Shown here in pieces: positions 19,302 through 29,198 of a DNA stretch of 64,000 nt. Source of the DNA: an uncultured Ruminococcus sp. (GTDB lineage: Bacteria; Bacillota; Clostridia; Oscillospirales; Ruminococcaceae). The position numbers were made by a program, and so were the translations under genes. Below the pieces are notes generated by a model, which did not search any database, was not told the origin of the DNA, and saw nothing but the letters and a program-made list of their open reading frames with translations. Every line of letters starts with the position of its first letter. The stretch's first letter is position 1. The stretch covers positions 16,012 through 80,011 of the forward strand of contig CANQJV010000004.1 of the NCBI GenBank assembly GCA_947624295.1, read 5' to 3'.

Positions 19302-20552
19302 ATGAATGAATATAATTTTGAAATAGTACCTATGGAGAACCCTGAAACACCTGAACCGAAAAAACCTAAGAAACATACAGGTCTTAAAATAACCGCATCA
19401 CTTATGGCAATGGCACTTGTTTCAGCTGCTTCAATCGGAATTTACAGGCAAGTCGCTGAAGTCCCTGCACAAAATGCGGTTGTTACGGAGGAATCAGGCG
19501 AAAATATTGCTGAAGCTGATGCTATGGGTCTTATCCGTAACGAAAACGCTGATACTGCTGAACTCACAACGGAGCAGGTTGTTGAAAAATGCCTGCCGTC
19601 TGTTGTGGGAATCGAATCGCAATTCACAATGGCTACTGATAACAATAACGGCTATTTCTTTGGATTCAATATGCCTACTGAAAGCCAGTCTACCGGTACG
19701 GGAACGGGCGTTGTAATCACGAAAGACGGCTATATTGTCACGAATGCCCATGTAATTTACGACAGTCAGTACGGTGCAGGACTTGCGGATAATATTTCCG
19801 TACTCCTCAACGAAAACGAAAAATATGATGCTGAAGTCATCGGCTATGATACTGATTGTGACCTTGCTGTACTTAAAATTGACGCTGATAATCTCACACC
19901 TGCCGAATTTGGTAACAGCGACTCCCTTAAATTAGGCGAATCAGTTACAGCTATCGGTAATCCATTAGGTTTTGAACTTATGAATACTGTCACAAACGGT
20001 ATTATTTCGGGATTGAACAGAAATATAACAATAAATGACAAATCAATGAACCTAATACAGACTAACTCCGCAATAAATGCAGGCAACTCAGGCGGACCTC
20101 TCATCAACAAATACGGTCAGGTTATCGGTATAAACTCCTCAAAAATGTCAAGCTCTTACGGTTACGGCGAGGCATCTATTGAGGGCATAGGTTTTGCTAT
20201 ACCGTCAAATGAAGTATCAGCTGTAGTTGATGACATTATGAAATACGGCTATGTTACGGGTAAACCGCAGTTAGGCATAAGCTGTCAGGACGTTACTGAA
20301 ACTGTATCAAGAATGTACAATATGCCCATAGGAGTATACATTGTTGAGGTAACAGACGGAAGTGCTGCTGATAAGGCAGGCTTAAAATCGGGCGATATCA
20401 TCACGGAAATTGACGGTGTTGAAGTTACGACTTCGGAGGAACTCACTGCTGAAAAGAACAAGCACAATGCAGGCGAATCGATTGAAATCACATATATGAG
20501 GAACGGCGAGGAAAATAAGACTTCCGTGAAACTCGATGAAGTTAAAAAATAA
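19302..20552 (+). CDS. htrA: HtrA/DegP serine protease with PDZ domain
   Basis: TM anchor, GTGVVI, VTNAHV, DLAVLK, GNPLG, AINAGNSGGPL, C-terminal PDZ; GTG 19293 is an alternative start. Confidence 0.93.
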   Translation: MNEYNFEIVPMENPETPEPKKPKKHTGLKITASLMAMALVSAASIGIYRQVAEVPAQNAVVTEESGENIAEADAMGLIRNENADTAELTTEQVVEKCLPSVVGIESQFTMATDNNNGYFFGFNMPTESQSTGTGTGVVITKDGYIVTNAHVIYDSQYGAGLADNISVLLNENEKYDAEVIGYDTDCDLAVLKIDADNLTPAEFGNSDSLKLGESVTAIGNPLGFELMNTVTNGIISGLNRNITINDKSMNLIQTNSAINAGNSGGPLINKYGQVIGINSSKMSSSYGYGEASIEGIGFAIPSNEVSAVVDDIMKYGYVTGKPQLGISCQDVTETVSRMYNMPIGVYIVEVTDGSAADKAGLKSGDIITEIDGVEVTTSEELTAEKNKHNAGESIEITYMRNGEENKTSVKLDEVKK

Positions 20553-20631
20553 GCGCAATCTTGTATAAAATTTTAATTTATATGTTTTGCATAAAATAAT
20601 TCTCCTTTTCAAACTGTTTTTAGATAGAATG

Positions 20632-20712
20632 AAGACCCCCTTTGCAATATTGCAGAGGGGTTTTCAGCTTGTAAAAAATCCCCTTTGCAATAATATACAA
20701 AGAGGATTTTTT
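20632..20712. terminator. two related tandem hairpins between convergent htrA and mntP
   Basis: ccccctttgcaatattgcagaggggg and aaaaaatcccctttg...caaagaggatttttt. Confidence 0.6.
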
Positions 20713-20713
20713 A

Positions 20714-21265
20714 CTATGAAATCAGAAATTTTATTCCAATGAGTATAAGAACAATACCGCCTGCAAATTCCGCTTTTTTCTCGTATTTACTGCCGAATCT
20801 GTTCCCGATTGCGACACCTGCAAGGCATACTGCAAATGTAATTGCGCCTATGATTACGGCTGAAAACAGCAGATTTGACTGATGTGCCGTGAAAATTATC
20901 CCTACAGCAAGCGCATCAATACTTGTTGCAACGGCGAGGAGAGTCAACTCCCTGAAATCAAGCCTGTACTCTGTAATTTCAAAGCCGTTTTCATTTTTCA
21001 GGACTTCGTATATCATTTTACCGCCGATAAATCCCAGCAGAACAAATGTAATAATACGGCTGTATGCGCTTATGAACGTACTGAAGCGATTCCCGAGGAA
21101 AAAGCCTATCATCGGCATAATCGCCTGAAATACGCCGAAAAACAATGCAGTCACAACAGTACCCTTGCAATCGATTTTTTTCATACTCAAGCCTTTGCAC
21201 ACTGAAACTGAAAATGCGTCCATAGCAAGACCGAGTGAAATAAGAATAAGTTCCGTAATACTCAT
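20714..21265 (-). CDS. mntP: manganese efflux pump
   Basis: LAMDAFSVS, FGVFQAIMP, ATSIDALAVG, GGIVLILIG. Confidence 0.92.
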   Translation of the reverse strand: MSITELILISLGLAMDAFSVSVCKGLSMKKIDCKGTVVTALFFGVFQAIMPMIGFFLGNRFSTFISAYSRIITFVLLGFIGGKMIYEVLKNENGFEITEYRLDFRELTLLAVATSIDALAVGIIFTAHQSNLLFSAVIIGAITFAVCLAGVAIGNRFGSKYEKKAEFAGGIVLILIGIKFLIS

Positions 21266-21302
21266 ATCAGAATAGCTCCTTTTTAGCTATTCTATGCAGG
21301 AA

Positions 21303-21806
21303 TTACAACTTGTATTCCATAATGAAATCGTCCATAACATAGTTACAGCCTATATCAGTTACAGCGGTATCAGCCACAACAAAGCCTGTTTTTTTGTAAA
21401 CGTCAACAGCGTGGTCATTATGTTTGTTGACCGTAAGATATACCCGTTTTTTGCCGATTTTCCGAGCTTCGTCAAATACTTTCGCCAGCATAAGGGAAGC
21501 GATACCTTTACCCCGTCTGCTTTTGTGGAGGTAGAGCTTACTCAGGAAAAATCTATCATCTGACTCAGGTTTTACGCCGATATATCCGCATAATTCGCCG
21601 TTATCACGTACTGCAAAATAGCTGTATCCCTGATTTTCGATTTGCTGAGTCATCGCCTCAAGCGACTGGAATTTTTCAACCATATAGTCAATTTGCCCGT
21701 TACTGATAATTCCGACGAAACATTCGTGCCATATTTCGTCAGCAAGTTCAGCAATTTGTCTTAATTCGGGGAGATATTTTACTTTTGTAATTTCGATATT
21801 ATTCAT
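21303..21806 (-). CDS. GNAT N-acetyltransferase
   Basis: LSKLYL...RRGKGIA, LTVNKHN..A..VYKKTGF; start ATG 21806 overlaps the yebC stop. Confidence 0.88.
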   Translation of the reverse strand: MNNIEITKVKYLPELRQIAELADEIWHECFVGIISNGQIDYMVEKFQSLEAMTQQIENQGYSYFAVRDNGELCGYIGVKPESDDRFFLSKLYLHKSRRGKGIASLMLAKVFDEARKIGKKRVYLTVNKHNDHAVDVYKKTGFVVADTAVTDIGCNYVMDDFIMEYKL

Positions 21807-22533
21807 CGTCCGGCATTTCCCAGTTATGATAAACGTTCTGCACATCGTCATTATCTTCGAGGTGTTCAAGTAAAAGATTCATCTTTTTAATATGTTCCTC
21901 GTCAGTAAGCGTTGTGTAATTTGAGGGAATCATTTCAGATTCAGCGGATATGACGTTGTAACCTTTAGCGGTAAGACCCTCACGGAGTGCGTGAAGATTT
22001 TCGGGAGCGCATTCGATTTCAACAGTTTCGTCTGTCACATCGAGGTCGTCGCCGCCGCATTCGAAAACGTCCTCCATAACAGTATCTTCATCAAGACCTG
22101 TATTTTCGAGGATAACGATACCTTTCTGCGTGAACATAAATGAAACACATCCCGTAGTACCAAGATTTCCGCCGAATTTGTCAAAATAATGACGTATATC
22201 CCCGGCAGTCCTGTTTTTATTATCGGTAAGGCATTCCACGATTACAGCAACACCGTTAGGACCGTAACCCTCATAAACCATATTTTCGTAGTTATTCTTA
22301 TCCTCACCGCCAGCAGCCTTTTTAATTACACGCTCAATATTGTCGTTAGGGACGTTATTCGCTTTAGCCTTAGCGATAAGGTCACGGAGTTTGCTGTTAT
22401 TATTCGGGTCGGGACCGCCTTCCCTTACAACAACAGTAATTTCCCTGCCTATTTTGGTGAAAATTTTACCTTTTACAGCATCAGTAGCTTCTTTTTTACG
22501 TTTAATATTATTCCATTTTGAATGACCTGACAT
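21799..22533 (-). CDS. yebC: YebC/PmpR-family protein
   Basis: MSGHSKWNNIK, YEGYGPNG, TDNKNRT, DDVQNVYHN. Confidence 0.95.
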   Translation of the reverse strand: MSGHSKWNNIKRKKEATDAVKGKIFTKIGREITVVVREGGPDPNNNSKLRDLIAKAKANNVPNDNIERVIKKAAGGEDKNNYENMVYEGYGPNGVAVIVECLTDNKNRTAGDIRHYFDKFGGNLGTTGCVSFMFTQKGIVILENTGLDEDTVMEDVFECGGDDLDVTDETVEIECAPENLHALREGLTAKGYNVISAESEMIPSNYTTLTDEEHIKKMNLLLEHLEDNDDVQNVYHNWEMPDDE

Positions 22534-22545
22534 TTTAATTTCTCC

Positions 22546-22737
22546 TTATTCTGAATAAATATAATTTTCATCTGAATCACGTCTGATTTTTTTCAGCTGA
22601 TTTTTCTTGTTATCGTAGTGGTCAATAATAGCCACTAAAGACGCTCCGACAACAAAACCTACCGCAAAACTGACACATATACCGAGTGTAAATCTGTCAG
22701 CCGATTTTTCAGTATTTTTAATACATAATCTGTCCAT
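22546..22737 (-). CDS. small single-TM hypothetical protein
   Basis: 63 aa, AAGGAG RBS, one hydrophobic helix and a basic tail; in operon context. Confidence 0.65.
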   Translation of the reverse strand: MDRLCIKNTEKSADRFTLGICVSFAVGFVVGASLVAIIDHYDNKKNQLKKIRRDSDENYIYSE

Positions 22738-22828
22738 AATTACGCTCCTTTTCAGTCAACTTCTGAAAACTTTTTCGGTAAAACAGTATTTGTTTGCCTG
22801 AATCAAGATTTTCAGAAATTTTTTTAAT

Positions 22829-23242
22829 CTAATCAACGGAATCAACCGGAGTATTTTCTATAATAATTCCAAACAGTTCATTTATTCTTGCATTTCGCCC
22901 AAGCAGATACAGGTAGCCGAAAAGACTTTCCACTGCCGTAGCCTTTCTGTATTGAGCGGTATCAGCGTGTTTAGGGACTTTGTTTCCCGTTGCATTCCTG
23001 CCACGTTTCAACACAGCAAGTTCTTTTTCGGTAATATGCGGGAGAAGCACTTCATAAGCCAGCGATTGAAATTCCGCACAAACAAGCCTGATTTTAGCGG
23101 AATGGAGTTTCGCAACAGGCATATCCGCAATTTTTAGGAGATGTTCCCTCACGAGAGTATCATAGACGCTGTCGCCGAGGAAAGCAAGAGCAAGTGAGCC
23201 GTACATATTAACATCGTGTTCTGTTAAAATATTTTCGTGCAT
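22829..23242 (-). CDS. mrnC: Mini-ribonuclease III
   Basis: LALAFLGDSVY, KRGRNA, YRKATAVESLFGYLYL; start moved to ATG 23242. Confidence 0.92.
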   Translation of the reverse strand: MHENILTEHDVNMYGSLALAFLGDSVYDTLVREHLLKIADMPVAKLHSAKIRLVCAEFQSLAYEVLLPHITEKELAVLKRGRNATGNKVPKHADTAQYRKATAVESLFGYLYLLGRNARINELFGIIIENTPVDSVD

Positions 23243-23243
23243 A

Positions 23244-24539
<1,296 letters not shown>

Positions 24540-24590
24540 TTAACGAAAAATCCCAAGCAAAAGCTCGGGATTTATGACGCAATAAACTGC

Positions 24591-24872
24591 TTACTGTTCA
24601 GCGTAAACAGAAACTTTTTTACGGTCTCTGCCAAGACGCTCAAACTTAACCTTTCCGCTTATTGTAGCGAAGATAGTATCATCTGAACCGATACCTACAC
24701 CAACACCCGGATGAATATGTGTACCTCTCTGGCGGACGATGATATTGCCTGCCTTTACGAACTGACCGTCAGCACGCTTTACGCCAAGTCTTTTTGATTC
24801 AGAATCACGGCCGTTCTTTGTAGAACCAACGCCCTTTTTATGAGCGAAAAACTGCATACTAATCTTGAACAT
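24591..24872 (-). CDS. rpmA: 50S ribosomal protein L27 with Prp-cleaved N-terminal extension
   Basis: [24 protein letters not shown]. Confidence 0.98.
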   Translation of the reverse strand: MFKISMQFFAHKKGVGSTKNGRDSESKRLGVKRADGQFVKAGNIIVRQRGTHIHPGVGVGIGSDDTIFATISGKVKFERLGRDRKKVSVYAEQ

Positions 24873-24875
24873 GAT

Positions 24876-25190
24876 TTACACCTCCGAAATAGTAATTTTG
24901 ATTGTTTTAGGGAACTCCTCAAGAATCAGCTCAAAATGGTGCATAAGCTGTTTTATAATACGTGGAGACACATCATCGCCGACATTTTTAACAATACAGC
25001 TTACAGCACCGCTGTCAGTGCTTGTCTTTACACCTATTTTGAACTCGTAAAGAATATTCACGGTAAGCTGAACAGCTGAAGAAACTGCTGCACATACAAT
25101 ATCCCTGCCACGAGGTGCGTAACCCGTGTGACCGCTTATTCTGAATCCCGACAAAGTTCCGTTAGTCTTGTAAAACTCTGCTTTTACCAT
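24876..25190 (-). CDS. prp: ribosomal-processing cysteine protease Prp
   Basis: SGHTG...DIVCAAVS; lies between rplU and rpmA. Confidence 0.93.
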   Translation of the reverse strand: MVKAEFYKTNGTLSGFRISGHTGYAPRGRDIVCAAVSSAVQLTVNILYEFKIGVKTSTDSGAVSCIVKNVGDDVSPRIIKQLMHHFELILEEFPKTIKITISEV

Positions 25191-25199
25191 GATTAAGGA

Positions 25200-25511
25200 T
25201 TAAGCCTTGATAGCTTCAATCTTTACCTGAGTGTAAGGCTGTCTATGACCCTGTTTTCTCTTTTCGCTTTTCTTGGGCTTGTAAGTGAAAACAGTGATTT
25301 TCTTGGACTTGCCATTTTTGATAACCTTAGCCTCAACAACAGCACCGTCAACGTAAGGAGTACCTACCTTGATACCGTCACCGCCGCCAACAGCGACAAC
25401 TTTGTCAAAAGTAACGTTCTCATCAGCTTCAACTGCGAGTTTTTCGATGAAGATAACATCGCCCTCATTAACCTGATACTGTTTTCCGCCTGTTTCAATA
25501 ACTGCGTACAT
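25200..25511 (-). CDS. rplU: 50S ribosomal protein L21
   Basis: [12 protein letters not shown]...GHRQPYT. Confidence 0.98.
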   Translation of the reverse strand: MYAVIETGGKQYQVNEGDVIFIEKLAVEADENVTFDKVVAVGGGDGIKVGTPYVDGAVVEAKVIKNGKSKKITVFTYKPKKSEKRKQGHRQPYTQVKIEAIKA

Positions 25512-25529
25512 TTCTGCACCTGCTTTCTT

Positions 25530-25592
25530 AAATAGACTCGCTGCGAAAGGCGTGGAGTATAACCACTTAAAAGACCTGTCTGCAAGCGGTAT
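25530..25592 (-). ncRNA. L21 ribosomal protein leader (cis-regulatory RNA)
   Basis: 5' UTR of rplU with cgcuugc...gcagcgagucu pairing, downstream of TTGACA(25626-21)-17 bp-TAAAAT(25603-598). Confidence 0.65.
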
Positions 25593-25653
25593 ATATTATT
25601 TTATCACATTTTTTGAGATTTGTCAAGTCTTTTTCTGAAATTTTTTTGAAAAA

Positions 25654-26814
25654 TTACCAGACTTTATAATTTTCGCTGCCTACTTTATAAGCAGTACCCG
25701 GAACGAACAAATCTTTTGGTTCGTGACCCTGTTCCTTGTTTACTTTCCTGAGTTCCCTGAAAGCTACGCTGTTCATTACAATTTTCTGCACATCTTCCTG
25801 CGGAGGTCTTGAGTTAAGGAATTCTATCATAACCTGCTGAATATAGAAGTAGGAACGGAGTTGTGTTTTCTTAAATTCAATCCTGTTATCGCCGTCAATA
25901 AGGAAAAGGCTGTCGCCCTCCTGATAACCCAGTGTCATTTTTGCAAGGATTTCGGGGATAAATATTCTTACTTCTGCCGCAATATCCTTATTTCCTGCGA
26001 TTTCATCGAGTTCTTCCGCCATTTTAAGGTACTCGTCACGGTTAGTTATTTTAACCATTCTCTTGAGAGCCTCTCTTGCCGTATTCATTACGACTTCCTT
26101 CTTGAACGGGCATTTATCCTCGTCACGCTGTACGAAAATAGCATACTGTTTTTCGCAGAGGAATCTGTCAGATGCGTCCCATGTATCGATATACGGCTTA
26201 TACGGTCTTGACAATTCTCCGCATACTGAACCATTCACACGGACTTCGATAATCTCACGGTCTTTGTGTTTTGCGAGGTAGATTCTCACCCAGTAGTACT
26301 TTTTCGAACCAAGATATTTCGGTATCTGATTAATTATTCCGTTGATAAGCATAACGGGCTTTTCGTCAGGTGAAGTGCCTATTCTTACGATTGATTGTGC
26401 ATACATATCAAAATCATAGTGCTGATTGAGGAATGTAACCGGTATATGAATAGGATTCTTTTTGAACATCGACTGGTCAAGCGGATGCCATACTGCTCCA
26501 TAGAAAATATCAGCAGCCATTTTTGCGGCTTCTTCAGGTGTCTGACCTTGTGAGTCCACAGGTTCAATCAACGGTTCATCGAAATCATCGTGTTCAACAA
26601 TGAAAAGTGCCTGAAGAAGTTTCACGTTTTCCTTATCCTCAGTTTTACCGATTTTTACATCAATTGTGAAACCTCTCGGCATAATGATACAGTTATCGTA
26701 CAGTGTGCCGTTGAGTTTCTCGTTGAGTGCAGTGAGTATCCCCATTTTGTAGTCAAATTCCTTTACAGCAGGTGCTTCAGCATCTCCCTGATTTTTTTTC
26801 TTGAATAATGCCAA
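25654..26814 (-). CDS. conserved hypothetical protein (resembles DUF6348 family; recalled, unverified)
   Basis: 386-aa ORF, TTG start behind AAAGGAG; soluble; no catalytic motif recognised. Confidence 0.75.
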   Translation of the reverse strand: MALFKKKNQGDAEAPAVKEFDYKMGILTALNEKLNGTLYDNCIIMPRGFTIDVKIGKTEDKENVKLLQALFIVEHDDFDEPLIEPVDSQGQTPEEAAKMAADIFYGAVWHPLDQSMFKKNPIHIPVTFLNQHYDFDMYAQSIVRIGTSPDEKPVMLINGIINQIPKYLGSKKYYWVRIYLAKHKDREIIEVRVNGSVCGELSRPYKPYIDTWDASDRFLCEKQYAIFVQRDEDKCPFKKEVVMNTAREALKRMVKITNRDEYLKMAEELDEIAGNKDIAAEVRIFIPEILAKMTLGYQEGDSLFLIDGDNRIEFKKTQLRSYFYIQQVMIEFLNSRPPQEDVQKIVMNSVAFRELRKVNKEQGHEPKDLFVPGTAYKVGSENYKVW

Positions 26815-26951
26815 TTTTATCTTCTCCTTTATAATAAAATTTTATGTGCAGAACCGCACAAAATCCGCAAAAAATTCGCAGACTTTGTGTGATACTGCTG
26901 TAACCGGTTTCCGGGGAATGTCACCATTCCCCTTTTCGCCGGTATTATGCG

Positions 26952-27917
26952 TTATTTCGTGAACTGTACGGCTGTCCAGCCCTCTTTTATGCTGACGTTC
27001 TGTTTTATAAAGCCGACGCTCTCCATTGCTGTTATGACTTCGTCCATACGCTCCTCTATTATGCCCGAAATTATAAGTATTCCATCATTTTTCAGGTAAC
27101 GCACAAAATAGTCTTTCATTGCAATAAGAACATCTGCTACAATATTCGCCGTAATTATGTCGTACTTTTTGTCTATTTTGACGGCAAGTTTCTCGTCTGT
27201 AAGGATATTGCCGAAAAATGTCTTGTATTTACCCTCAGGAATGTTATTTTTCAACGCATTTTCTTTTGCCGTTTTTACAGCGTTTTCCTCAATATCAACG
27301 GCAACGGCGTTTTCCGCACCAAGAAGTACGCCTGCTATTGACAGGATACCGCTTCCGCAGCCCATATCAAGCAGTGAATCACCGTCGTTTATGCAATTTT
27401 GCAGAAGTTCAAGACAAAGTCTTGTTGTGTGATGCTGTCCCGTCCCGAAACTCGATGCAGGGTCAATTTCGAGAATAATACGTCCGTCATCGTTGCTGTA
27501 ATCTTCCCACGAGGGCTTGACCGCAAGTTTTTCTCCCACTTTGAACGGCTTGAAATACTGTTTCCAGTTATTCGCCCAATCCTCCTCACGTATATTCGAA
27601 AGTTCAGCCTCCAAACGTCCGTATATCTTCTTTTTGTCAGCGGATTTCATCTCCGTAAGCATTGACTTTATCGACAAAAGCATATCTGCACCCTGATTAT
27701 TGCACGGCAAATACACTGTTACACAAGTTTCACATTCCGCAAGACCCATCAAGTCCTCATCGATATAGTCCCATTTGCCCTCCTTATTTTCAAGAAATTC
27801 CTTGAAATCTTCAGAATCCCTGATGACAAAGCCTTTTATGCCTATGTCCATAAGTTTTGCGCAGAGTATTTCGATTCCGTCAGCAGTAGTATATATATTG
27901 ACTTCTGTCCATTCCAT
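26952..27917 (-). CDS. prmA: ribosomal protein L11 methyltransferase
   Basis: EEDWANNWKQYFKP, DPASSFGTGQHHTT, LDMGCGSGILSI, ANIVA. Confidence 0.96.
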   Translation of the reverse strand: MEWTEVNIYTTADGIEILCAKLMDIGIKGFVIRDSEDFKEFLENKEGKWDYIDEDLMGLAECETCVTVYLPCNNQGADMLLSIKSMLTEMKSADKKKIYGRLEAELSNIREEDWANNWKQYFKPFKVGEKLAVKPSWEDYSNDDGRIILEIDPASSFGTGQHHTTRLCLELLQNCINDGDSLLDMGCGSGILSIAGVLLGAENAVAVDIEENAVKTAKENALKNNIPEGKYKTFFGNILTDEKLAVKIDKKYDIITANIVADVLIAMKDYFVRYLKNDGILIISGIIEERMDEVITAMESVGFIKQNVSIKEGWTAVQFTK

Positions 27918-27932
27918 TCTGTTCAGCCTCCG

Positions 27933-29168
27933 TTAATAGTTATTGTTAATTGTCTGAATGAACACGATAACGTCACCTGAATCAACATTTCCGTCACCGT
28001 TTATATCAGCCGCACTCAATTCTCCTGCTGAAAGAGTTGACACTCCGTCAGGAAGGAGTTTTTTCTGCTGTAAATACGTGTTAAGCAATGCTACATCATA
28101 TTTGTCAACAACACCGTCATTATTTATGTCACCTTTTATCTGTTCAACTTTTTCAGTTTCAGTCAGAAAACTTACGTCAACCCAACCCGTGAAGTCGTTC
28201 GACTCAACAAGCCCGTAATTACCTGCGCATTCCGAAATATTTATTACATTGCCTGCTGAAAGCGTTGCTGAAACACTTCCGCCATCAATTTCAGAGTACA
28301 CATTAACCGGTTCGTCATTCTGCACAAAATATTCGTTTGGTGTCGCCTGAATTTCTGTAGCATTTACGTCTGTATTCAGATTTTCTGTAAAGTTTACGTC
28401 TGTATCAGGATTTTCTGTAAATATATTTGTGTCTACAGTTATTGTAGTATTTCCGTCAGTATGTGCAGAAGGATTTTTGCCTTTAAGCATCCAGTATTCG
28501 CCTTGTAAGCCGTCAGGGTAAACCGTATAAAGGTCAGTATTCTGATTAGCCGGGTCACTCATAACAATGCTGTCATCGTCGTTTATGCCCTGAATATAAA
28601 CCCAGTGCCAACCGCCGTAAGATGTATTTACTCTTGCGATTATATACCAGCCTTCTTCCGTCATCGTTCTGATTTCGTCTGCTACAGCTGTTTTTTCTGT
28701 ATCTGCAAAGTAGTCGTCCTTACCCCACTCAATCTGCGGTATAAGCTGTTGAATTGTTCCCCAGCTTGCGATTGCTCCGCCCGATGTGAAGCCGTTTACG
28801 CTTGTGTAGGCGTTGGCGAGTACAGACGGATTGAATTGCTCTATATCTGTAATCCCCATATTTGCCATTGCAGTATCATCGATTGAATCCGAATCAACTG
28901 CCATTATTGCAAGCGATGTGAGCAGACAGCCTGAACTCCCGATATTTGAGTAGCCCATTGGTGTACTGCTCCAGCGTTCGTCAATCTGTTTCCATGAAAG
29001 ATACTCGTCGTATATTGAAACGCTTTCTGAAACTTCTTCTGATGTACCGTATTCTGTATAATCCGCCATTGAAGTGGTAGGTATAATAAAGCATAATGAC
29101 ATTACAAATGCCGAAATTGCACTAAAAAATTTCTTTCCTGAGTTACGTTGGTAATGCAGGTTCTGCAT
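27933..29168 (-). CDS. secreted C39-like peptidase, SH3-like region and C-terminal dockerin
   Basis: Signal peptide; WKQ..W...GSSGCLLTSLA, HWVYI, MSDP papain-like triad; duplicated Ca-binding loops GDINNDGVVDKYD / ADINGDGNVDSGD. Confidence 0.8.
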   Translation of the reverse strand: MQNLHYQRNSGKKFFSAISAFVMSLCFIIPTTSMADYTEYGTSEEVSESVSIYDEYLSWKQIDERWSSTPMGYSNIGSSGCLLTSLAIMAVDSDSIDDTAMANMGITDIEQFNPSVLANAYTSVNGFTSGGAIASWGTIQQLIPQIEWGKDDYFADTEKTAVADEIRTMTEEGWYIIARVNTSYGGWHWVYIQGINDDDSIVMSDPANQNTDLYTVYPDGLQGEYWMLKGKNPSAHTDGNTTITVDTNIFTENPDTDVNFTENLNTDVNATEIQATPNEYFVQNDEPVNVYSEIDGGSVSATLSAGNVINISECAGNYGLVESNDFTGWVDVSFLTETEKVEQIKGDINNDGVVDKYDVALLNTYLQQKKLLPDGVSTLSAGELSAADINGDGNVDSGDVIVFIQTINNNY

Positions 29169-29198
29169 TGGTATCAACCTCCTTAAAATTAAACGATT

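Noticed and set aside
21266-21302. yybP-ykoY riboswitch upstream of mntP
   Set aside because: Only 37 bp separate mntP from the upstream gene; there is no room and no motif.
24591-25190. N-terminal extension on L27 and a gene inserted between rplU and rpmA
   Set aside because: Known Prp-dependent L27 maturation system.
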